Positions 9,106 through 21,250 of a stretch of 64,000 bases of DNA are shown piece after piece. Position numbers and translations under genes: made by a program. The notes beneath the pieces were generated by a model. That model did no database searches and had not been told where the DNA came from. It was given only the letters and a program-made list of their open reading frames with translations. Origin of the DNA: an uncultured delta proteobacterium (GTDB taxonomy: Bacteria > Desulfobacterota > Binatia > Binatales > Binataceae); assembly GCA_963724765.1 (NCBI GenBank), contig CAVRVY010000004.1, forward strand, positions 928,001 through 992,000, in the 5' to 3' direction. How positions within the stretch are numbered: the stretch's first letter is position 1; each line of letters starts with the position of its first letter.

Positions 9106-11097
9106 ATGCTTGACCTGACAAGCCAGCGTCTTCTGATGGTTCGCGATCAGATTGCCGCGCGCGGAGTGCGCAATCCGGCAGTGCTCGGGGCGATGCGACG
9201 TGTTCCACGGGAGGCTTTTCTCCCGGAAGAATTAGCTGAGTTCGCATACCAGGACACACCCCTGCCGATCGAGGCCGACCAGACCATCTCGCAGCCGTAT
9301 ATCGTTGCGCTGATGATCGAGAGCGTCGAACCGCGCGCCGGCGATCGCGCTCTCGAGATTGGAACCGGCTCGGGATACGCGGCGGCAGTGCTCTCGGAAG
9401 TGGTGCGCGAGGTCTATACCATCGAGCGGCACGCACAATTGGCCAAGCTGGCAAGCAAGCGCTTAGCTGGCCTGGGATATACGAAAATCAAGGTCCTTCA
9501 CGGCGACGGGACCCTCGGTTGGCCCGCGCATGCTCCGTATGACGTGATCGTGGTGACAGCCGGCGGTCCCCAGGTGCCAAAGCCCCTCCTTGAACAACTG
9601 GCCATCGGGGGCCGTCTCATCATTCCGGTAGGCGATACGTCGCGGCTGCAACGCCTGGTGCGAATTACGCGCACCGCCGAAGATCACTTCGATGACGAGG
9701 ATCTTGGCGATGTTCAGTTCGTTCCATTGATTGGAGCGGAAGGTTGGGATTCCGCGGTCGCCAAACAGGCTCGCCCATCTACCCGGGGCAGCCGTCCAGT
9801 GACGATCGCCAAGCTGATCCGCGAGACGGCTGCGCCTCTCGCTGACATTGAGCAGGCCGAGATCGGCCCTTTGCTGGAGCGGATGGCGGGGGCGCGGGTG
9901 GTTCTGCTAGGCGAGGCGACCCATGGTACGTCGGAGTTCTATCGGATGCGGGCGCGCATCACGAAGGAACTGATCCTGCGGCACGGTTTCAACTTCGTCG
10001 CCGTCGAGGCTGATTGGCCGGATGCCGCCAGAATCAATCAGTATGTGCGTCATGCTCCGCCACGGCAGGAGCAATGGAAGGCTTTCGCCCGCTTCCCGAC
10101 CTGGATGTGGCGAAACCATGAAGCGTTGGCACTGGTTGAGTGGCTGCGCGCGTGGAACGCGGAGGTGCCGGACCCGGAGCGGCGCGTCAGCTTCTATGGA
10201 TTGGATCTCTACAGTCTCTTCACTTCAATCGGGGCCGTTATCGACTATCTGGGCAGCGTTGATCCGGCGATGGCCGCAATCGCGCGCAGCCGGTATGCAT
10301 GCCTGAGTCCTTGGGAACACGATCCTGCGGTGTATGGCCGCGCAGTGCTCAGCGGGCGCTATCGAGACTGCGAAGACGCAGTCGTCGCGATGCTACGCGA
10401 TATGCTCAATCGGCGGATCGAATATTCCCAGCGTGACGGCGATCGCTTCTTCGACGCCGCGCAGAACACTCGCTTGGTCGCCGCAGCGGAGCGGTATTAC
10501 CGCGTGATGTATTACGGCTCTGTCGATTCCTGGAATCTGCGCGATCAGCATATGTTCGACACTCTTGAGCGGTTGTTCGATTTCCACGGCCCTGGCAGCA
10601 AGGGCATAGTCTGGGAGCACAACTCACACGTCGGCGACGCATCGGCCACGGAGATGGGCGCGCGTGGTGAGCACAACGTAGGACAGTTATCTCGCGCGCG
10701 ATTCGCCGAGTCGGCATTTCTGCTTGGCTTCGGTACCGACCACGGTACGGTCGCGGCAGCATCGGACTGGGACGGCCCCATGGAGGTCAAGCGCATACGT
10801 CCATCCCATGAAGCCAGCTATGAGCGGCTATGCCACAACTCTGAGGTCAAAGCGTTCATGTTGCACCTTAGAGACCCGGCCAGACAGACGCTGCGCGACG
10901 AACTGGAGGCAGCCCGCCTGGAACGTGCAATCGGCGTGGTCTATAGGCCCGAATCCGAAATCATGAGTCACTATTTCCAGGCCTGCCTGCCCCGACAGTT
11001 CGACGAGTACATCTGGTTCGACGAAACTCGCGCGGTGTCGCCGCTTCCATCGGTCGCCGCCCCCGGTGTCCCAGAGACGTTTCCATTCGGGGTTTAA
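9106..11097 (+). CDS. pcm: Protein-L-isoaspartate O-methyltransferase fused to an erythromycin esterase-like (Ere) domain
   Basis: QTISQPYIVA, LEIGTGSGY, PYDVIVVTA, FVPLIG; then LGEATHGTSEFY, AVEADWPD, FYGLDLYS, WNLRD, HNSHVGDA, ERAIGVVY, QFDEYIWFD. GAGGT RBS before ATG 9106. Confidence 0.93.
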   Translation: MLDLTSQRLLMVRDQIAARGVRNPAVLGAMRRVPREAFLPEELAEFAYQDTPLPIEADQTISQPYIVALMIESVEPRAGDRALEIGTGSGYAAAVLSEVVREVYTIERHAQLAKLASKRLAGLGYTKIKVLHGDGTLGWPAHAPYDVIVVTAGGPQVPKPLLEQLAIGGRLIIPVGDTSRLQRLVRITRTAEDHFDDEDLGDVQFVPLIGAEGWDSAVAKQARPSTRGSRPVTIAKLIRETAAPLADIEQAEIGPLLERMAGARVVLLGEATHGTSEFYRMRARITKELILRHGFNFVAVEADWPDAARINQYVRHAPPRQEQWKAFARFPTWMWRNHEALALVEWLRAWNAEVPDPERRVSFYGLDLYSLFTSIGAVIDYLGSVDPAMAAIARSRYACLSPWEHDPAVYGRAVLSGRYRDCEDAVVAMLRDMLNRRIEYSQRDGDRFFDAAQNTRLVAAAERYYRVMYYGSVDSWNLRDQHMFDTLERLFDFHGPGSKGIVWEHNSHVGDASATEMGARGEHNVGQLSRARFAESAFLLGFGTDHGTVAAASDWDGPMEVKRIRPSHEASYERLCHNSEVKAFMLHLRDPARQTLRDELEAARLERAIGVVYRPESEIMSHYFQACLPRQFDEYIWFDETRAVSPLPSVAAPGVPETFPFGV

Positions 11098-11121
11098 CTG
11101 CTCAGAGCAATACTCAACGAA

Positions 11122-11223
11122 ATGGACGGGACGATCGCGAAGGTACTGAGGAAGATTGGCTGGATGCGCGAACAGCGCATCTGGCCCATTGGGTTGCGCT
11201 ACCTGTGGACCGACGCATTCGGG
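11122..11223 (+). pseudogene. Truncated 5' fragment of a conserved hypothetical protein (RYLWTDAFG motif)
   Basis: MDGTIAKVLRKIGWMREQRIWPIGLRYLWTDAFG. From recall this motif opens a ~300-400-aa conserved family; here similarity stops after ~34 codons. Confidence 0.5.
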
Positions 11224-11367
11224 GCGAACGTCAGGTCTCTATATGCTGGCAATGCGGGGAAGGCTGTCACTGGGAAATCTGATAGCGGGAGTCTCGGTAA
11301 CCTAATCTTAGGATCAGCAGCGCGTTTTTAGTCAACGGAATCTTGGCGATGCTGATCTACGCCTGGA

Positions 11368-11719
11368 TCATTGACCCATTCTTGGATAAAGGTGAGCGGC
11401 AATGAACACCATGCTCGTGAAAACACCCAGCAGCACGGTGTCATAACGTCAAAGCCGGCAATCCGTGCTTCGCCCGAGGAAGGCGGCAGCAACGTTGTCA
11501 ACATCTTGATGAGAGTGCTCTTGCCGGCGCCGTTTGGTCCGATAAGGCCAAAGACCTCGCCCGGCGAGACCGTAAACGAGACATTCGCTAAGTTGGTCGC
11601 GGTTATTTGGAGACGCCGTGCGCAATTCGGTCAGCGGAATTTCAGCGTCGCCGGATGCCGAGGCGGCTATTGTCACCCGTGACCTGACCCAGCGCCTTGG
11701 CGATCTGCTCGCGGTAAAT
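11368..11719. pseudogene. Rearranged remnant of an ABC-2 (DrrA/DrrB-like) exporter
   Basis: + strand 11618-11719: GGAG RBS, GTG, ...AAIVTRDLTQRLGDLLAVN. - strand 11585-11445: [47 protein letters not shown]. Then, in another frame, [25 protein letters not shown] (permease-like C-terminus, stop 11368-11370). Confidence 0.75.
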
Positions 11720-11812
11720 CCTGAAAGCGCGTCACTCAGGACCTGGGTCGGCAATTGCCGCCCCTTTTGCGCAAGCCGCGTCGCCTAGCGAAGAGAACCT
11801 CGCTTTCTCAGA

Positions 11813-12271
11813 CTAGCTTTTGTCGGCGTGCTCGGTTCGCCCTTCGTTTCGAATCGTGAGAACCGGACAGGTCGCTTTGCGCACCACCGCCTCAGCCACG
11901 CTGCCGAGAAAAAAGTGAGCGAGTCTGCCACGGCCGTGGGTGGCCATCACCAGCAGGTCGGGTTTGAATTGTTCGACGGCCTGCAAGATGCCACCGACGA
12001 CGTCGCCGATGAACACGATCGACTCGTACCCGACCCCGCCGAGCTTCTGTCCTGCGATCTCGCGCAGCTTGACCGTCGCCGCCTTCTCTTGGCCCCTATA
12101 GACGTCAGCGGGCATCGGAAAGTCTCCGAATTGCGCCACCAGCGGGACGGCGTGTACCAAAATGACCGTAGCGCCAAAATGGCGGGCGATTTCAGCCGCC
12201 TTGTCCAGAGCCACCAGTGAATTCTCACTGAAGTCGATCGGACACAGGATTTTGCGGTAGGGAAATGCCAT
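11813..12271 (-). CDS. Universal stress protein (UspA family)
   Basis: KILCPIDFSENS, DLLVMATHGRG, LGSVAEAVVRKATCPVLTI. GGAGG RBS before ATG 12271. Confidence 0.95.
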   Translation of the reverse strand: MAFPYRKILCPIDFSENSLVALDKAAEIARHFGATVILVHAVPLVAQFGDFPMPADVYRGQEKAATVKLREIAGQKLGGVGYESIVFIGDVVGGILQAVEQFKPDLLVMATHGRGRLAHFFLGSVAEAVVRKATCPVLTIRNEGRTEHADKS

Positions 12272-12321
12272 GGCCGTAATCGCCTCCGTTAATATCTTCG
12301 GCACCCTTCCAAGAACATAAC

Positions 12322-12330
12322 ATTGTAACA
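12322..12330 (-). promoter_or_regulatory. Possible extended -10 (TGnTACAAT) promoter for usp
   Basis: Minus strand TGTTACAAT ~50 nt upstream of the start codon. Confidence 0.4.
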
Positions 12331-12542
12331 TCCACGAAGCCTAGCGACCTGGCGAAATCGCGCCGACCCCAGAGCGCATCTCACCGAGAAAGCGACCGCA
12401 AAGTGCGAGACCGAAGTCGTATGCAGAGTATTGCTCGCGGCCGACAGGCGCTTGTAGTCACTGGCGCGCCCGCGCCTCCCGACTGCCTGGATTAAAAAGC
12501 TCGTCTCGACCCGCTCAACAACTCTCCGATTAGAAACTACTG

Positions 12543-12749
12543 AAGGTTCACGCGTACACAAGAACTTACGCTCAAGGTCGCCTGAGCAGTCGCGCCAAGT
12601 ACCTCGTTGATATTGTTCTGGCAAAGCAGCTCCTGACGATGGATGCCGCACGGCTTCGCAGCGCGCTCGCGGGAGTCTTCGAGGGACGGCGCCAGCAGCC
12701 TCTTCCCGATCGGTTCCCTGCCCCGCCGGATGAGTGGGCGGTACCATAA
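12543..12749 (+). pseudogene. AbiEii/AbiGii-type nucleotidyltransferase toxin, C-terminal remnant
   Basis: KVHAYTRTYAQGRLSSRAKYLVDIVLAKQLLTMDAARLRSALAGVFEGRRQQPLPDRFP, then a frameshift to PPDEWAVP*. Matches the EK.HA...STR.KD..D motif. In-frame stop upstream and no start codon. Confidence 0.72.
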
Positions 12750-12854
12750 TTGGTGTTGCGTTTCCGCCACGCGTTTGAGCACGCGGATTTGCCTTCTGGA
12801 ATACATAGATTTGCGCTGAGCATGATTGGTCGCGTAAGCGACTTTTGTCGCAAG

Positions 12855-12869
12855 TGGCATGAAGGTTGC
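12855..12869 (+). promoter_or_regulatory. Putative sigma54 promoter upstream of the ExeA-LysM gene
   Basis: TGGCATGAAGGTTGC = near-consensus TGGCAY-N5-TTGC. Confidence 0.65.
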
Positions 12870-13089
12870 GTCCTACCTCGCGAGCGTGAGCAGCGTCGGG
12901 GGAGAGGGCGCGGGACCTTGGGGTTCTTAGCAGTCGGGAGACCTTAAGCGCTCGGTTTGTGAAAACTCTGCGAGTCCTTTCGCCTTGGCTATAACGGCCT
13001 CGGCACTGGCACCGGAGCCATTGCTGCATCGGCAACAGATATAAGAGTGGTTCCATGAGGGCCGAAGACGCACTGCGAAAGATCGGGTG

Positions 13090-14598
13090 ATGCAATACTA
13101 TCAGTACTTCCGCCTGAAAGGTCCGCCTTTCCAGCCCGCGTCACCTGACAGCGCGGTATATTTCAGCCCAACTCATCTTGAGGGCCTTGCCACGCTCGAA
13201 TCTGGACTGTCGAGCGAGCTGACTGGCTTGACCATGCTGACTGGCGAAGCCGGGACCGGAAAAACCACCCTCATATATTCGCTGCTGCAGCGCGATTTTA
13301 AGCGGGTCCGAATCGCGCATATCGACGATCCCAAGCTCTCGTTCCTGGAAATAATGCAGGTCGTCCTGACGCAGCTGAATCTTTACACCACCGGATCGAC
13401 GAAGCTGGATTATCTCGAGACGCTGGACCGATTGCTGAAGCTTCGCGGCAAGGAAGAACGGATTGCGCTAATCGTCGACGAGTCCCAGCTCCTGAGCGAT
13501 GACGTGTTGGAGGAACTGCGGCTACTGTCGAATCGCGGTGACCGATGCCTTCAGCTTATCCTGGTCGGCCATCCGGAACTCGCTGAGCGGTTGAAGAAGC
13601 CGGAGCTACGTCAACTGAATCAGCGAATTTCCTCCCGCGGGGTACTTCAACCGCTTACCCACGCGCAGGCTATCAAGTACGTCGAGTGCAAGCTGAGCGC
13701 TCAAGGCAGCACCTGCTCGGCGATCTTCGAGCGCGGCGCTTTGAAACGGCTGCTTCGGCGTAGCGATGGAATACCCCGAAAAATCAATATGCTCTGCCAT
13801 AACGCGATGGAAACTGCGTATAACGCGGCGGAAAAAAAGATCAGCTACAAGACCGCGAACAAAATTGCCACCGCGTACCACGACTCGGTTAAAATCAAAA
13901 ATCGGGGATTCGGCTTGCGGCCCCTGCGAGTGCCCGCGCTTGTTGTGGGTACCGCGCTCGCGGCGCTTTTGCTATTGGGCTTGGTCTACCCAAATATCTG
14001 GTCAGGTAGGGTACTCCACCATACCGTCTCATCCGCCGGGGCAACCGAACAGACGGTTCGACCAGTTAAGCCAATTAAAGAAGTTAAGTTAGTCGAGCAA
14101 GTTAAGCCAGCCGAGCAAGCGGGCGTCGACGGACATCCGGACTCTGGCGCAAAGCCCCAAGCCGCCATTCCTCTCGCGCCCCATCCGATCGAATTGCGGG
14201 CATCACTTGCTCCCGCAGCGGAGGCGCCCGCAGCCCCCAAAAGCGAGGTTGCCGGGCCGGGGACGGCGCCCGAAATGCGCACAGTTCCAACCGCTCCTGC
14301 CGCGGCCGCGGTAAGCGACGCGATTCACAAACAGACCGAAGTACCCGCAACTCCGGAGCAGCGAAGTCAAACTACGGTCAGGTTTGGAGATACGCTCGAG
14401 AAAATTGCCGTTCGTTATTCCGGATCGAAGTCTGGAATTAATGAACTCATCGCCGCGAACCCGCAGCTGAACAACATAAATCAGTTGAGTGTCGGACAGA
14501 TCATTAACCTGCCTCCCGGCGTCACTCCAAAAGCCCAGCACGATCAGGCCGCAACCGCAGGGCCAGTCCCGAACGCGGAAGATTCTCCGGAGCGATAA
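13090..14598 (+). CDS. ExeA/GspA-family AAA ATPase with TM and C-terminal LysM domain
   Basis: Walker A GEAGTGKTT, LIVDESQ, LQLILVGHPEL, LRQLNQRI, SDGIPRKINMLC; TM; Pro/Ala linker; LysM VRFGDTLEKIA..ANPQLNNINQLSVGQIINLP. Confidence 0.9.
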   Translation: MQYYQYFRLKGPPFQPASPDSAVYFSPTHLEGLATLESGLSSELTGLTMLTGEAGTGKTTLIYSLLQRDFKRVRIAHIDDPKLSFLEIMQVVLTQLNLYTTGSTKLDYLETLDRLLKLRGKEERIALIVDESQLLSDDVLEELRLLSNRGDRCLQLILVGHPELAERLKKPELRQLNQRISSRGVLQPLTHAQAIKYVECKLSAQGSTCSAIFERGALKRLLRRSDGIPRKINMLCHNAMETAYNAAEKKISYKTANKIATAYHDSVKIKNRGFGLRPLRVPALVVGTALAALLLLGLVYPNIWSGRVLHHTVSSAGATEQTVRPVKPIKEVKLVEQVKPAEQAGVDGHPDSGAKPQAAIPLAPHPIELRASLAPAAEAPAAPKSEVAGPGTAPEMRTVPTAPAAAAVSDAIHKQTEVPATPEQRSQTTVRFGDTLEKIAVRYSGSKSGINELIAANPQLNNINQLSVGQIINLPPGVTPKAQHDQAATAGPVPNAEDSPER

Positions 14599-14804
14599 GC
14601 AACGCCGCACTGCGTGCGGAATGTTCACGTGGTCCAATACCGGTTGGGGCCTGTTGTACTTATAGCCCCGGCGGCGCAGTTGGAACTAGCCAATCGGGGC
14701 ATCTGCCTGCCGACTGCGCTCATTGATGTCCTAACTTCGGGATGCGCGTTGCGCAAATTGCATCAGGCGGCCGACGCTGATAGCGGTTTTACCTTCATTA
14801 CGCC

Positions 14805-15245
14805 CTACGAGCCCGAAGAAATGTAGTTGCGCAGCTCGTTCAGTTCCGACTGGGCTTCCTGGAGACGCTGTTTCACGACGTCGCCGATACTGACAATCCC
14901 CTCGAGCACGCCGTCGCGAATCACTGGCAGGTGACGAATACGCTGCAGCGTCATCACCTCCATGAGTTCGACAATCGCGTCCTCCGGCGAACAGGTCCTG
15001 ACCTCGGCCGTCATCAGACGCTCGACCGGAAGCTCCGATACCATCTCTCCGTACTGGGCCATGCCACGGATCACGTCGCGCTCAGAGATTATTCCGGCCA
15101 GGCGGCCCTCTTCATTGACCACCGGGGCGGCTCCGATTCGATTTACGCTGAGCACCTTGACCAGCGCGGCGACGGTGTCGCGCGGCGCGACGGTGACGAC
15201 CCTATGGCCCTTCAGCTCCAGGACCGCCGAAACCTTCGTTGCCAT
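14805..15245 (-). CDS. CBS-pair protein
   Basis: RIGAAPVV, GIISERDV, MTLQRIRHLPV, GIVSIGDVVK. AGGAG RBS. Confidence 0.93.
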   Translation of the reverse strand: MATKVSAVLELKGHRVVTVAPRDTVAALVKVLSVNRIGAAPVVNEEGRLAGIISERDVIRGMAQYGEMVSELPVERLMTAEVRTCSPEDAIVELMEVMTLQRIRHLPVIRDGVLEGIVSIGDVVKQRLQEAQSELNELRNYISSGS

Positions 15246-15442
15246 TTGCGATCTCCTGGGTCTTGACTTCGTTGGCCTATGGTCAAGTCTGCGCGCGCTG
15301 CAGCTCTAGCGTCAAGCTCGGATTTGAGGCGGTGGAGCATCGGCGATACCGGCCGGAGTCGCAGATTCAAGGCCGCGTCGTCCAAGATAAGACCGGCAGA
15401 CGACCACTGATTATTGCGCCCAGTGTCTGATTAGCCGCCGCC

Positions 15443-17809
15443 TCACTGACGACGCGCGACTTCAAGCACCGCCGCCAAGGCGTCCAGCGTAACCGGCTTG
15501 GCGACGTACTCGTCCATCCCCGACTCCAGGCAACGTTCGCGCGCGCCTTCAAGAGCATGCCCGGTCATCGCGATTATGGTGGTGTGCCGCTGGCCGTTTT
15601 CGCGCCGCCGGATTTCGGCGGTAGTGGCGTAACCGTCCATCTCCGGCATTTCACAGTCGAGCAGCACGACTGGATACGGCGCGCCTGCCATTGCTGCCAA
15701 GGCTGGCTTGCCGCCGTCCACGGTATCGACCAGGTAGCCAAGCCGCTCGAGCTGTTTTTGCGCAACCTTGCGATTCACCAGGTTGTCATCGACGACCAGG
15801 ATTCGCAGCGTATCGGGAGATTTCCCGTAATGCGGCATCGCCACTGCTGACGGAGCCGCCAATTCAGTTTTGTTACAAGACTCTTGAAGGATCGGCGGCC
15901 TTAGGGCGAGCAAGGCACAGAGCGTTGCGTGAAGATAGGACGGCTTGATCGGTTTGCTCAACCAGTGGTCGGAGTCCTCCCTTTCCCGGGCCGTTGGGGC
16001 TTCAGCTTTTCTTACCGCGCCCATCATGATCAGAGGAGTTTTCGCCAGGCCCGGATCCAGTCTGATCGTGCGCGCGAGCGCCGGGCCATCCATGCCGGGC
16101 ATTTGGGCGTCAACCAAAATCACATCGAAGGGCTGCGTACCGGCGGATCGTTGGCGCATCGCGGCCAGCGCTTCGTCGCCGCTTGCGGCGACGTCGGCGA
16201 TCATTCCCCACCCCCGCATCGTATTCGCGAGCGCGGCGCGATTGGTCGCGTTGTCATCGACAACCAGAGCGCAGCGGCCGGCGAGCGGCAAGGTGTCCGG
16301 TATTTCCGCCGGAAGGGAAGCCTGTATGCCAAAGACCGCAGTCAGGTAAAATATCGATCCTTCGCCCGATACGCTTTCGATATCGATCTTGCCCTCCATA
16401 CCCTCGGCCAGTTTCGCCGAGATCGTCAGGCCCAGACCGGTCCCGCCGTATTTGCGCGTGGTTGACGCATCGGCCTGCGAGAAGGGGCTGAAAAGCGCGG
16501 CCTGCAAGGCCTGTGGAATACCGATTCCGGTGTCGCGGATCGCGAATCGAATCGTCACCTTATCGGAGGCTGGCGTCTGCGCCGTAACGCTCACCGCGAC
16601 CTCGCCGGCGCCGGTGAATTTCAAAGCGTTGCCGATCAGATTATTCAACACCTGGCGCAGCCGATTCGGATCGCCCGAAACGATTGTGGGCACGCCGCCA
16701 GCTACGGCCAGGATGAGTTCGAGTCCCTTGCTATGGGCCTTTTCCGCGAACGACTCGATCGTACTTTCGAGCACTCCGCGCAAGTCGAAATCGATTCGTT
16801 CGAATACCACCTTGCCCTCGATCAACTTGGAGAAGTCGAGGATGTCGTTCACGATCGTCATCAGCAGGCCGCCGCATTCCGCGGCCGTCTTCGCGCATTC
16901 AAACTGTTCCACGTTCAGACCCGATTCGAGCAGCAGTTCGTTCATCCCGATGATGCCGTTAAGCGGCGTGCGAATCTCGTGGCTCATGTTGCTCATGAAC
17001 TCCGACTTGATCCGCACGCCCTCGAGTGCCGCGTCGCGCGCGCGGCTCAATTCCTGCTCCGCGCGCTTGCGTTCCGTGATGTCCACCGAGACCCCTTCGT
17101 AGTGGTCGATTTCGCCGGCGGCGTCGTATACCACGTGGGCACTTACCACGCACCAGACGGTCGTTCCATCGGGCCGGCGGAACTCAACCTCGCGGTTTTC
17201 AACCACGCCGTCGCGCGCGAGCAGAGCGTTAAGCTGCGATCGCTCCTGCGGATGCTTCCATAGCTCACCAACATTGACCCGTTTCAGGCTCTCCTCGTCC
17301 TCGAGTCCGAGCATCGCGGCGAATCTCGGATTGGCCTCGATCACTTTTCCCTCGGCAGTGATGAGGAAAACGCCGACCGGCACGCTATTGAACAGATTGC
17401 GATAGCGCGACTCCGCCCGTCTGCGTTCGCGCCGCAATTCGGCGTCACGCAACTCGCGCTCCACCGCGGGCGCCAGCCGCGCCAGGTTGTCCTTCAAAAT
17501 GTAGTGATGCGCACCAGCCTTCATCGCGTCCACCGCGACGTTCTCACCGGCGTTGCCGGAGACCAGGATGAAGGGCAGGTCGAGTTCCCTGTCCTGGAGC
17601 AGCTTCAGCGCGGCGAGCCCGTTGAAATGCGGCATCGAGTAATCCGAAATGACCAGGTCCCAGGGCTCTCGCGCCAGCGCCGCTTCCATTGCCTCGGGCG
17701 TTTCCACTCGCTCGTAGGTCGGGTCGACGCCGGCCCGGCGCAGCGCCCGCACCATCAGCTCGGCGTCATCCGCCGAGTCCTCGACTATTAGGAGGTGCAG
17801 CGCGGTCAT
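15443..17809 (-). CDS. Hybrid sensor histidine kinase (REC-PAS-HisKA-HATPase-REC-REC)
   Basis: N-terminal receiver (LIVEDSADD, DYSMP), PAS/PAC, MSHEIRTPLN, NLIGNALKF, GGTGLGL, two C-terminal receivers. Confidence 0.95.
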   Translation of the reverse strand: MTALHLLIVEDSADDAELMVRALRRAGVDPTYERVETPEAMEAALAREPWDLVISDYSMPHFNGLAALKLLQDRELDLPFILVSGNAGENVAVDAMKAGAHHYILKDNLARLAPAVERELRDAELRRERRRAESRYRNLFNSVPVGVFLITAEGKVIEANPRFAAMLGLEDEESLKRVNVGELWKHPQERSQLNALLARDGVVENREVEFRRPDGTTVWCVVSAHVVYDAAGEIDHYEGVSVDITERKRAEQELSRARDAALEGVRIKSEFMSNMSHEIRTPLNGIIGMNELLLESGLNVEQFECAKTAAECGGLLMTIVNDILDFSKLIEGKVVFERIDFDLRGVLESTIESFAEKAHSKGLELILAVAGGVPTIVSGDPNRLRQVLNNLIGNALKFTGAGEVAVSVTAQTPASDKVTIRFAIRDTGIGIPQALQAALFSPFSQADASTTRKYGGTGLGLTISAKLAEGMEGKIDIESVSGEGSIFYLTAVFGIQASLPAEIPDTLPLAGRCALVVDDNATNRAALANTMRGWGMIADVAASGDEALAAMRQRSAGTQPFDVILVDAQMPGMDGPALARTIRLDPGLAKTPLIMMGAVRKAEAPTAREREDSDHWLSKPIKPSYLHATLCALLALRPPILQESCNKTELAAPSAVAMPHYGKSPDTLRILVVDDNLVNRKVAQKQLERLGYLVDTVDGGKPALAAMAGAPYPVVLLDCEMPEMDGYATTAEIRRRENGQRHTTIIAMTGHALEGARERCLESGMDEYVAKPVTLDALAAVLEVARRQ

Positions 17810-18256
17810 GAACTGTTCGCCGCGCCGTTGGGAGGTTTCTCGTTCAAGACCAGCCAGTAGAGGCCGAGTTGACGAACCGCTTCGACGAACTGCTCGAAGT
17901 CAACCGGCTTGCGCACGTAACTGTTAGCGCCCAAGTCGTAGCCACGCGCTATATCCTGATCCTCCCTGGAGGAGGTAAGGATTACTACGGGGATAAGCTT
18001 AGTCCGCGGGTCCGCGCGCAGCCTGGTCAGCACCTCGAATCCGTCGAGCTTGGGTAGCTTCAGGTCGAGCAGAACGATTTGCGGCAGGTCGTTGGGATCT
18101 CGTCCCGCATACGATCCCGTCCCGAGGAGGTAATCGATCGCCTGGACACCGTCGCGCGCCACCACGACCCTGTTGGTGATATTGTTCTTCTTCAACGCGC
18201 GCAGGGTCAGCGCTTCGTCGTCAGCGTTGTCTTCCACCAACAGGATGACTTGTTGT

Positions 18257-18264
<8 letters not shown>
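17806..18264 (-). CDS. Single-domain response regulator (Rcp1-like)
   Basis: ILLVEDNADD, LLDLKLPKLDG, LTSS, GANSYVRKPVDF. AAGGAG RBS before ATG 18264; overlaps both neighbours. Confidence 0.93.

Positions 18265-21250
<2,986 letters not shown>

Noticed and set aside
9106-11097. Macrolide-resistance call for the Ere domain (and for macAB)
   Set aside because: Family membership only; fusion and context point to stress physiology.
12537-12860. Minus-strand ORF as a transposase fragment
   Set aside because: No DDE motif or terminal repeats; the + strand AbiEii remnant explains the region better.
15262-15287. FNR/CRP-type box upstream of the CBS gene (CTTGAC..GTCAAG)
   Set aside because: Spacing does not fit TTGAT-N4-ATCAA. 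It could be another operator, but there is no support.
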